A stretch of DNA of 64,000 bases from an uncultured Chloroflexia bacterium. GTDB taxonomy: Bacteria > Chloroflexota > Limnocylindria > Limnocylindrales > CSP1-4. The translations under genes were made by a program, and so were the position numbers. The notes under the pieces were generated by a model that was not told the origin of the DNA, made no database searches, and was given only the letters and a program-made list of their open reading frames with translations. Positions 13,704 to 24,713 of the stretch are shown here, piece after piece. Numbering within the stretch: position 1 is the stretch's first letter; each line of letters begins with the position of its first letter. The stretch covers positions 128,001-192,000 of the forward strand of contig CAVPPB010000001.1 of assembly GCA_963707215.1 (NCBI GenBank), read 5' to 3'.

Positions 13704-14771
13704 TCACCCAGGCGCTGCCGGGTCACCTCGCTGAGGCTGGCTGCACCGAGGATCGGCAGGGCCAGCTCGAGCTCCTCTCGGAGGATGGCGAAGGCCCGCT
13801 CGACGCCGGACTGGCCGCCGGCGGCCAGCGCCCAGAGCAGAGGCCGACCGAGCAGCGACGCCCTCGGCGCCGAGGGCCCGGGCGACGAGGACGTCGAGCC
13901 CGCGACGGACGCCGCCGTCGACCCAGACCGGGATGCGGCCCTCGACCGCGTCGACGATCTCCTCGAGCACATCGACGGCGGCCGGCGAACGGTCGAGCTG
14001 GCGTCCACCGTGGTTGCGAGACGACGATCGCGTCGGCGCCATGGACGACGGCCAGGCGGGCGTCTTCGGCGGTCAGGATGCCCTTGAGCACGAGGGGCAT
14101 CGAGGACCAGCCGCGGATCGTCGCCAGGTCGGCCCAGGTCAATCCCATCGAGCCCTGGCCCTCGATCTCGCCGTAGCGGCCACGCGGGGCGGCCGGAGCG
14201 TCGACGAGGTTGCCCATCGGCGGCATGACGAAACCGGTCCGCCGGTCGCGCTCCCGGTAGCCGAGGACGGGCAGATCGACGGTCAGGACGAGGACCGAGT
14301 AGCCGGCGGCCGCGGCCCGCTCGACGAGCCCGCGCGAGTAGTCGAGGTCGTGGACGAGGTAGAGCTGGAACCAGCGCTCGGCGTCGGGTGCGGCCGCGGC
14401 GATCTCCTCGATCGTCCGCGAGGACGAGGTCGAGAGGCAGAACGGGACGCCGGCCGCGGCCGCGGCTTCGTGCCGTGGCCAGCTCGCCGTCGGGGTGAGC
14501 CAGGCCGTGGAGGGCCATCGGGGCGACCGCGACGGGCAGCGGCCGACGGCCGGCCCAGGAAGGTGCCGGAGACGTCGATCGCCCGCAGGTCGGTGAGGAC
14601 CCGCGGTCGGAAGCGACGGCGCTGCCAGGCATCGACGTTGTCGCGAAGGGTGATCTCGTCCCACGACCCGCCGGCGAGGTAGCCGTAGGCGGCCGGGTCC
14701 ATCCGCTCGCGGGCCAGCGGCTCGAACCCGTCGAGGGAGACGATCGCGTCCAGGTCGACGTCGCTGCTCAC
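13704..14771 (-). CDS. FMN-dependent alpha-hydroxy acid oxidase/dehydrogenase (multiple frameshifts; 3' end approximate)
   Basis: [46 protein letters not shown] across frames. Confidence 0.88.
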
Positions 14772-15020
14772 CGGGTGATGGTACGGCGCGCCCGGACCGT
14801 CGGGCGACGCAGCGCCACCGATCGGATATCGGCGTGACCGATCGGATCGGGGGTCAGCACGATCGATCGAGCCGAGAGGACGCCGTAGCGCGAAGCGGCC
14901 ACGCACGGTGCGCTCGGATGGCATCGGTCCGCCCGATATCGCGGGGGGACGGGTCCGGGTCCGGGTCCGGGACCGGTGGGCGGGGGCGCCTTCGCTGGCG
15001 GTCGTCGTTCCCGTTCAGCG

Positions 15021-17688
15021 CTAGCCGGTGATCTCGAGGTTCGCCAGCGACGCAAGCATCGTCTTGCGCCCGACCGACGGGTCCTTGAACGCGATCGTGA
15101 CCTCCTCGTCGCTGCGAGTCAGCTTGGAGGAGACGACGATGCCGTCGCCGAAGCGCTCGTGGCGGACGCGGTCGCCGTCGCGGTAGCGGCGCTCACCGGG
15201 GACGATCGGCCGCGGCGGCACGGCTGGGTCGGGCCGGCTCGACCGCCCCTGCTCCGGCCGCTCCCCCGCCGACCTCCGGCAGCTCGAGCGAGCCCGACCT
15301 GGCGCCCGCGGCGAAGGCGTCCCGCTTGGCCGCGAGATCGCGGGACGGCCGGAACGCCTCGCCCGGCAGCCGGTGCGCCGGGCCGGCCGCTGCCCGACCG
15401 GTAGGCCCCACCGCCGGTCCGGATCGGGGTCCCGAAGCGGGTCGCCCGGCGCCCGAAGACCATCCCCAGGTCGAGGTCGTCGCCCTCGTCGACGGCGCCG
15501 CCGTCGAGCCGTGGGCCGACCATCAGGCCCTCGGGGATCTCGAGCAGGAACCGCGAGGGCACCGAGGCCTGGCCCATGCCCCAGGTCGCCCGGCGCCAGG
15601 CATGGGAGAGATACAGCCGACGCTTGGCCCGGGTGATCCCGACGTACGCGAGGCGCCGCTCCTCCTCGAGCTCCTGCTCGTCGTCGAGGGACCGACTGTG
15701 GGGGAAGACGCCCTCCTCGAGGCCGGCGATGAAGACGACCCCGAACTCCAGGCCCTTGGCGGCATGGAGGGTGATCATCGTGACCGCATCCGAGCCGCCC
15801 TCGTAGGCGTCCTGGTCGGCCACCAGGGCCGTCTCCTCGAGGAAGCGGTCGAGGGCGTCCTCGGGCGACAGGTCGTCGTAGCGGGTCGTCACCGAGCGCA
15901 GCTCGAGCAGGTTGGCCCAGCGCTCCTCGCCCTCCTCGGAGCCGTCGGCGAGCATCGCCCGGTAGCCCGAGGCCTCGAGGGCCTCGTCGAGCAGCTCGGG
16001 CAGCGGCAGGACGCCGACCCGGGTCCGCAGGCGCCGGACGAGGGCGACGAAGCCGGCCAGGGCGTTCCGAGGACCGCGAGACCAGGGTCGGTCCTCCCCG
16101 CCCGCGGCGGCCTGGGCCGCGTCCAGCCAGCCCTCGCCCCGGCGGTCCGCCAGCCCGCGGACCGACTCGAGGGTCCGCTCGCCGATCCCCCGGCTCGGCA
16201 CGTTGGCGATGCGCTCGTAGCTGACGACGTCGGTGTCGGAGCGCAGCGTTCGCAGGTAGGCCAGGGCGTCCTTGACCTCGCGGCGCTGGTAGAACCGCGT
16301 GCCGCCGACGAGCTGGTAGCGGATGCCGTAGCGAAGGAATGCCTCCTCGATGGCCCGGGACTGGGCGTTCATCCGGTACATGACGGCGATGTCCTGGGCC
16401 CGGAACGGGCCGTCGTCGTCGTCCGCCCTCCGGGTCAGGAGGGTCCCTTGCCGCCGACGAGCCGCTCGACCTGGCGGGCGATCCACTCGGCCTCCTCGTC
16501 CTCGTCGTAGGCCTCGAAGCGCTGGATCGGCCGGCCGCCGGCCTCCTCGGTCCAGAGCTTCTTGTCGGTCCGCCCGACGTTGCGGGAGACGACCGAATGG
16601 GCGGCGTCGAGGATGAGCTGGGTCGAGCGGTAGTTGCGCTCGAGCTTGACGACGGTGGTGTCGGGCCAGTCGCGCTCGAAGTCGAGGATGTTGCGGATGT
16701 TCGCCGCCGCGCCAGCCGTAGATCGACTGGTCGTCGTCGCCGACGACGCAGAGGTTGCGGTGCGCCTCGGCGAGCGAGCGGACCCAGAGGTACTGCGGCC
16801 GGTTCGTGTCCTGGTACTCGTCGACGTGGAGATAGCGCCAGCGATCCTGGTAGCGCGCCAGGACGTCCGGAGCCTCCTGGAACAGCCGGACGGCCTCCAG
16901 GAGCAGGTCGTCGAAGTCGAGGGCGCCGGCCTCGCGGAGCCGACGGGCGTAGGTCGAGGCGAGCCGGGCGATCGTCCGCTCGCGGTGGTTCGTCGCGTTC
17001 TCGCGCAGGAACGTCGCGTCGAGCATCTCGTTCTTGGCCCGGCTGATCGCGCCGAGGACCGCGGACGGACGGTACTCGCCGGTCGTCGGCAGGTCCTCGT
17101 CCTTGAGGATCCGCTTCATCAGCTGGGCCTGGTCGTCGGCGTCGTAGATGACGAAGCGCGGGTCGATGCCGATGGCCGTCCCGTCGCGCCGCAGGACCCG
17201 GGCGCAGATCGAGTGGAAGGTGCCGGCCTGGACCTCCCGGCCGGCGTCGCCGACGAGGGCGACGATCCGCTCGCGGAGCTCGGCCGCTGCCCGGTTCGTG
17301 AAGGTCACCGCGAGGATCCGCCAGGGCCGGACGCCCTTGGCCCCCATCAGGTAGGCGACCCGATGGGCCAGGACCCGGGTCTTGCCCGATCCGGCGCCGG
17401 CAAGGATCAGGAGCGGGCCCTCGATCGCCTCCACGGCCCGGGCCTGCTCGGGGTTGAGGTTCCGGGTGATCCGCTCGGCCAAGGCTGCCGTGGCCGCCGC
17501 GCGCTCGGCCGGAGTGGGCGGCGGGCCCTCGACGGGTGCCTCGCCGGGCGGAGGGCCGTCGGCCACGAAGGACGGCTCGACCGGGACCCCGCCGGCCTCG
17601 ACGACGTGCGAGGCGGCGAACCAGTGCCCGTCCTCGACGGGCGCGAGATCCTCGGGGGAGGGCTCCGGGGGGAGCGGGTCCGTGCCAC
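15021..17688 (-). CDS. pcrA: ATP-dependent DNA helicase PcrA/UvrD (frameshifted; start 17688 or 17566)
   Basis: AGAGSGKT, VDEYQDTN, VGDDDQSIYGWRG, TLHAAKGLEF, EERRLAYVGITRA; C-terminal Tudor-like GDRVRHERFGDG. Confidence 0.92.
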
Positions 17689-17769
17689 GGACCGATTCTT
17701 GGGGCGCGGACGCACCGCCGCCTGCGCCGAGCCCGGCGCCCCGACGGCAGCGCCCGATATGCTCCCGCC

Positions 17770-18565
17770 ATGGCCGAGACCGACGCCGAGCTGAAGCGAC
17801 GCCTGGCCGCCGCCTGGGACGCCGGGGCCGCGACCTACGACCGCACTCCGCGACACGGCCTGGTCCACGACGACGAGTGGGTGGCCTGGCGGCGGCTCGT
17901 CGCTGCCATCCTGGGCGACCCCACCCACGCCGAGGTCCGCCCCCTCCGGGTCCTCGACGTCGGGACGGGCACCGGGGTCCTGGCGCTCGTCGCCGCGGAG
18001 CTCGGCCACGAGGTCATCGGGATCGACCTCTCCGAAGGGATGCTGGCCGAGGCCCGCCGCAAGGCGATGGCGGCCGGACGCTCGGTGGAGCTGCTCCTCG
18101 GCGACGCGGAGGCCCTGCCGGCCGGGCTCGTGGGGTTCGACGTCGTCCTGGCCCGGCACCTGCTGTGGACGCTGCCTCGGCCGGATCGAGCGATCGCCTC
18201 GTGGCGCGATGCGACCCGCCCCGGCGGCCTCATCGCCGTCATCGACGGCATCTCGTCGCCGCAGCCGTGGCCGCTAGCCTGGGCAAGCCGGGCCGCCGGG
18301 GTCGTCGTCGAGCGGCGTCGACGGCAGGATGACCCGGGCCACGCCTACCCCGCCGACGCGGTCGCGCGACTGCCGCTGGCCCACCAACGGGACACCCGAG
18401 CCGTGATCGCCGTCCTGCGTTCGGCTGCGGCTCGAGCACGTGCGGACGCGCTGGCTGCCGGAGGTCGACCGGGTCGAGCGCGAGCATCTCTCGCGGCTCG
18501 AGCGGCTCGGCGACACCTGGCGGCGCTACCTCGCGACGGGCCGGACGCCGATCGTCACGACCTGA
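17770..18565 (+). CDS. Class I SAM-dependent methyltransferase (frameshift near 18425)
   Basis: VLDVGTGTG, GIDLSEGML, GDAEALP, RPGG motifs. Confidence 0.85.
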
Positions 18566-18592
18566 CCGCGAACGCGGCCGCCCGAGCGCGGC

Positions 18593-19447
18593 TCAAGCTT
18601 CCGGGGCGAGCTCCTCGAGGCCGCCGCCCGGGATCGGTAGCTCGTCGGCGTCGCGGACCTGGTCGGCCGGCGGCGCGACGATCTCGAAAGTCCCACCCCA
18701 GTCGGCGAACGTCATCGTGACCTGGAAGTCCGTGCCGTCGCCGGCCGCGGTCAGGACCACCTGCGAGGGCAGCCGGTCGCTCTTGCGGATCCAGACGTCG
18801 GCCGTCCCGGTGCCCTCCCAGTCGGGGGCGATCGTGGCGAGCTCGTCATCCACGCCGGGCTCCATGACCAGGCGGACGTGGTAGCAGTCGTCGTCACCGC
18901 AGCGCTCGTCGGCGAGGCGCTCCGGCGGGGTCGGTAGCTCGGCCAGGGCCTCCCGCAGCGCCGCTTCGGGATCCTCGGGCGAGGCCGACGGCTTGGCGTC
19001 CCCGTCGCCGTGACCCTCCATGTCCGACTCGTCGAAGCGGTACCAGACGTCGCCGAAGAGGCTGGTCTTAAGGTAGGCCGTCTCGTCGACCACGATGAGC
19101 TCGCCGGTCGCCGAGAGGAACGACGGCAAGGTGAAGGCCACCCGGGCCGCCTCGGCCTCGCGGTCGAGGTCGGCGCCGATGGTCGAACCGGTCAGGTCGA
19201 TCGTCCCGCCGGCGCCGTCGAGCGGGCCGGGCTCCGAGCCCTGGAGCGCGTCGGCAAGGTCGAGGGGGACCTCGCCCTCGAGGGTGGTATCGACGTGGAC
19301 CGATCCGGCCGCCTCGGCGGCGGTCATCCCGGCAACGAGGATGTCGACGGGGTCGTCGAGCTCGGCGCCGGACTGGGCGGTGCAGGCGCCGGCCACCAGC
19401 ACGACGGCGGCGGCGACGGCGAGGAGTGAGGAGTGGCGCGCGAACAT
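18593..19447 (-). CDS. LppX/LprAFG-like lipoprotein
   Basis: Lipobox VAGAC; beta-rich LolA-like pattern, C-terminal TFADWG..IVAPP; GGAGG RBS. Confidence 0.65.
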   Translation of the reverse strand: MFARHSSLLAVAAAVVLVAGACTAQSGAELDDPVDILVAGMTAAEAAGSVHVDTTLEGEVPLDLADALQGSEPGPLDGAGGTIDLTGSTIGADLDREAEAARVAFTLPSFLSATGELIVVDETAYLKTSLFGDVWYRFDESDMEGHGDGDAKPSASPEDPEAALREALAELPTPPERLADERCGDDDCYHVRLVMEPGVDDELATIAPDWEGTGTADVWIRKSDRLPSQVVLTAAGDGTDFQVTMTFADWGGTFEIVAPPADQVRDADELPIPGGGLEELAPEA

Positions 19448-19596
19448 GTCGACCTCCGATGGTCAGGTGTCGGCCTGAGCGTACTCCGGATGGGCTGGTT
19501 CGTCAGGAGGACGCCCGTACCGACCCATCCGTGGCTGAGGTCATGACTGCGCCAGGATGACCGGATCCGCAGCCGGGCCCGGGCCCCGTGGACATG

Positions 19597-19630
19597 CCGA
19601 GGCCCCGGCCGTTCCCGGCCGGGGCCTCGG
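19597..19630 (-). terminator. Hairpin downstream of groEL
   Basis: 15-bp perfect inverted repeat ccgaggccccggccg / cggccggggcctcgg, GGAA loop on the minus strand; no U-tract. Confidence 0.7.
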
Positions 19631-19651
19631 TGTCGCGCGATCGAGGGGACC

Positions 19652-21665
<2,014 letters not shown>

Positions 21666-21840
21666 GGTGCGAACCCTCCTGGGGGCGGCCGGATGACCGC
21701 CGAGCTGGATGGCGCGGGAGCTCATACGTCGCGCACGCGACGAACTCCCGTCGGTGACCGGATACGCGTCGCGAGGGTGGTGGGCGCCGGGCGGGCGGGC
21801 CGGTGTCATGGGCCGCTGCCCGGCGGCGATCCGCCGCTCG

Positions 21841-21867
21841 CTAGCACTCTCATGTCGAGAGTGCTAA
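21841..21867 (-). promoter_or_regulatory. CIRCE element (HrcA operator)
   Basis: Minus strand TTAGCACTC-N9-GAGTGCTAG, one mismatch to the CIRCE consensus, upstream of groES. Confidence 0.95.
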
Positions 21868-21868
21868 T

Positions 21869-21898
21869 ACGCTAGCCGAGGGAGGGCTGTCGTGTCAA
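21869..21898 (-). promoter_or_regulatory. Sigma70-type promoter of groESL
   Basis: TTGACA (21898-21893), 18-nt spacer, TAGCGT (21874-21869), directly before CIRCE. Confidence 0.8.
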
Positions 21899-21989
21899 GC
21901 GGCAGGTCAGTGTTCGACCGAGAGGACGACCTCCCCATCGTCGGCGACCGTCCAGGCGGTCACGCAGCCAGGACCGACGATGCGCGGAG

Positions 21990-22817
21990 CTATGGACCTG
22001 GTCGTGGGCCGAACGTGCGATCGTAGGCCGCCACGAGGCGCCCGCCGAGGTCCCCGGGGTCCTCGGCCCGGCGCTCGGCCACCCAGGCCGCGGTGACCCG
22101 GACCCAGGCCGGCTCGTTGCGACCCCGTGGCCCTCCCGGCGGCGAGAGGAACGGCGAGTCCGTCTCGACGAGGAGTCGGTCCGAGGGGACGATCCGGACG
22201 ACGTCCGCGGACCCCTCCTCGCCGCGCCGGAACACGAGGCCCGAGAAGCTCACCGCGCAGCCGAGCGAGAGCATCGCCTCGGCATGGTCGACCGGGCCGG
22301 AGAAGCTGTGGAGGACGGCCGGCGGGTGCTCGCCGGCGGGCGGGGCGGCCGAGGCGGAGACGCCGAGGGCCACTTCGAGCTCGGCGCGCAGCGCATCCTG
22401 GGCATCGCGCTGCCCCGCCCGCGATCGGCAGTGGAGGATGGCCGGCCGACCCGTCTCCAGGGCAAGGGCGAGGTTGCGGCGCAGATTCGCCAGCTGGTCC
22501 TCGACCGGGCTGAACAGCCGATCGTAGTCGAGCCCGGTCTCACCGATGGCGACGACCTTCGGGTGGCGAGCCAGCTCGACGATCCTCCCCCACCCCGCCG
22601 CGTCGGTCCTGGCCGCGTCGTGGGGGTGGATGCCGACCGACGCGTCGAGCCAGTCGTGGGCCTCGGCGAGCTCGACGGCCCGCTCCGACGAACGGACGTT
22701 CCAGCCGGGGACGAGCAGCCGCTCCACCCCTGCGTCGCGGGCTGCGACCAGGACGACGTCGACGTCGTCGGCGAAGCGATCGGCGTTGAGGTGGGCGTGG
22801 GAGTCGACGAGCCGCAT
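21990..22817 (-). CDS. tatD: TatD family deoxyribonuclease
   Basis: DSHAH, GIHPH, AIGETGLDY, LHSFSG, ETDSPFL. Confidence 0.93.
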   Translation of the reverse strand: MRLVDSHAHLNADRFADDVDVVLVAARDAGVERLLVPGWNVRSSERAVELAEAHDWLDASVGIHPHDAARTDAAGWGRIVELARHPKVVAIGETGLDYDRLFSPVEDQLANLRRNLALALETGRPAILHCRSRAGQRDAQDALRAELEVALGVSASAAPPAGEHPPAVLHSFSGPVDHAEAMLSLGCAVSFSGLVFRRGEEGSADVVRIVPSDRLLVETDSPFLSPPGGPRGRNEPAWVRVTAAWVAERRAEDPGDLGGRLVAAYDRTFGPRPGP

Positions 22818-22867
22818 GGGGCGATGCTAGCCCGGCTGGATCGGCTGCACCTGCCGCCGCCCCGGGC

Positions 22868-24505
22868 TCAGTCCTCGGTCGACTCCGGATCCAGGCGCGG
22901 GAACAGGGGCTCCGGCGCCTCGAGGCGACCGGGCGTGCCCGCATGGGCGCCCCAGGCCAGCTCGTCGGCGACGGACGGGCCGCCATTGCCGTCCGGCTGG
23001 TAGGGGTACGGGTAGCCGAGCTGGGCGAGGACGCGGGGGGCGGCGCCCGGCATGAACGGCGCGACCGCCATGCCCAGCAGCCGGCAGGCCTCGACAAGGT
23101 CGCCGAGCACGAACCGCAGCCGCTCGGCCGCCGCCTCGTCCCCGGCCTTCGCCGCCTTGGCCAGCGCCCACGGCTGCTCGGCGTCGACGGTCTTGTTGAC
23201 CCCTCCCACGAACTCCCACAGCTCGGCAAGGGCATCGTGGAGCAGGCAGCCCTCGATCAGATCCCGGACGGTCGCCAGGGTGTCAGCCCAGCCCTCGGCC
23301 AGAGGTGACTCGGCCGCCGGACGCGGGTCCGGTCGCTCGCCGCCGAGATAGCGGTTCGTCATCGAGACGGTCCGGTTGACGAGGTTGCCGAAATCGTTCG
23401 CCAGGTCGGCGTTGTAGCGGCGGACGAACGCGTCCCAGGAGACCTCGGTGTCGCGGTCGAAGGCGACCTCGCGGAGGGCCACGTAGCGGGCGCCGTCGGG
23501 GCCGAAGGCCGCGACGAAGTCGTTCGGGTCGAGGAAGTTGCCCCGGCTCTTGCTCATCCGCTCCCCGCCGGCGGCCAGCAGCCAACCGTGGACCCAGACG
23601 CGGCGTGGCGCCTCGAGCCCGGCGCTCCAGAGCATCGCCGGCCAGTAGATCGTGTGGAAGCGGGCGATGTCCTTGCCGATGACGTGGAGGTCAGCCGGCC
23701 ACCAGCGGGCGAACGCCTCCGGGTCGTCGGGGAAGCCGGCCCCGGTGATGTAGTTGATCAGCGCGTCGTACCAGACGTAGATCGTCCCGGCCTCCGGATC
23801 CCAGGTCCCGTCGGGCAGCTGGGCGGACGAGCCGTCCTCGAGGATCGGGAACGGGATGCCCCAGCTGGCCCCGGCCCGGCTGATGGAGAAGTCCTCCAGC
23901 CCGCCGCGGATGAACCCGAGCATCTCGTTGCGCCGGTAGTCGGGCTGGACGAAGTCGGGGTGCTCCGCGTAGTGGCGCTCGAGCCGCTCCTGGTAGGCCG
24001 ACAGGCGGAAGAACCAGTTCCGCTCGGTCAGCCACTGGAGGGGCACGTCCGGATGGTTCGGGCAGATCGTGCCCCGGGCCGTCTCCTGGACATCGGTGGC
24101 GTTGCGGAAGCCCTCGTTCGGGCAGTACCAACCCTCGTAGGTGCCCTGGTAGATGTCGCCGTTGGCATGAGCCCGGCGGACCATCTCCTGGGCCGCCCGG
24201 ACGTGGTCCGGGTCGCTGGTCCGGATGAAGCGGTCCGGCGAGATGAGGAGCGAAGACTCGGCCTCCACGAAGCGGTCGACCTGCAGGTCGACGAAGGCCT
24301 TGGGCGAGACGCCCTCCTCGGCCGCCCGCATCGCGATGTTGACCGAGTGCTCGTCGGTGCCCGTCAGGAAGCGGGTCGGTCGACCCACCATGCGGTGCCA
24401 GCGGGCGATCGCATCGGCGGCGACCACCTCGTGGAGCGTGTGCAGGCCGGGCTTGTTGTTGGCGTAGGCGATCGCGGTCGTGACGTAGAAGCGGTCATCG
24501 GGCAT
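22868..24505 (-). CDS. metG: Methionyl-tRNA synthetase (short form, atypical HIGH motif)
   Basis: FYVTTAIAYAN, FLTGTDEH, YVWYDALINYIT, IGKDIARFH, RMSKSRGN, LANDFGNLVNR. Confidence 0.95.
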   Translation of the reverse strand: MPDDRFYVTTAIAYANNKPGLHTLHEVVAADAIARWHRMVGRPTRFLTGTDEHSVNIAMRAAEEGVSPKAFVDLQVDRFVEAESSLLISPDRFIRTSDPDHVRAAQEMVRRAHANGDIYQGTYEGWYCPNEGFRNATDVQETARGTICPNHPDVPLQWLTERNWFFRLSAYQERLERHYAEHPDFVQPDYRRNEMLGFIRGGLEDFSISRAGASWGIPFPILEDGSSAQLPDGTWDPEAGTIYVWYDALINYITGAGFPDDPEAFARWWPADLHVIGKDIARFHTIYWPAMLWSAGLEAPRRVWVHGWLLAAGGERMSKSRGNFLDPNDFVAAFGPDGARYVALREVAFDRDTEVSWDAFVRRYNADLANDFGNLVNRTVSMTNRYLGGERPDPRPAAESPLAEGWADTLATVRDLIEGCLLHDALAELWEFVGGVNKTVDAEQPWALAKAAKAGDEAAAERLRFVLGDLVEACRLLGMAVAPFMPGAAPRVLAQLGYPYPYQPDGNGGPSVADELAWGAHAGTPGRLEAPEPLFPRLDPESTED

Positions 24506-24666
24506 GGCCGCGCGATGGTAGCAGGGGTCGCCGGCCGGACGGTCAGCCGCTGGACGTGCCGAGCACCTCGTCGAGCTGCGACTCGACGTCGTCCGCGATC
24601 GGCGCCGCGGCGGTCGTGGACTCGCTACTGTGCCTCCGGGCGGCCCGGAGCGTCACGGTCCGGCCC

Positions 24667-24709
24667 TAGAATCGCGCGGACGCTCGGATCCGCTCCGGAG
24701 CGAGGGAGG
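24667..24709 (+). promoter_or_regulatory. Putative -10 box and RBS of the P-type ATPase homologue
   Basis: TAGAAT at 24667-24672; GGGAGG shortly before ATG 24714. Confidence 0.5.
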
Positions 24710-24713
24710 CTCG

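Noticed and set aside
19487-19531. CGGATGGG/CCCATCCG inverted repeat upstream of the LppX-like gene
   Set aside because: An 8-bp stem in very GC-rich DNA matches no family I recognise and is plausible by chance.
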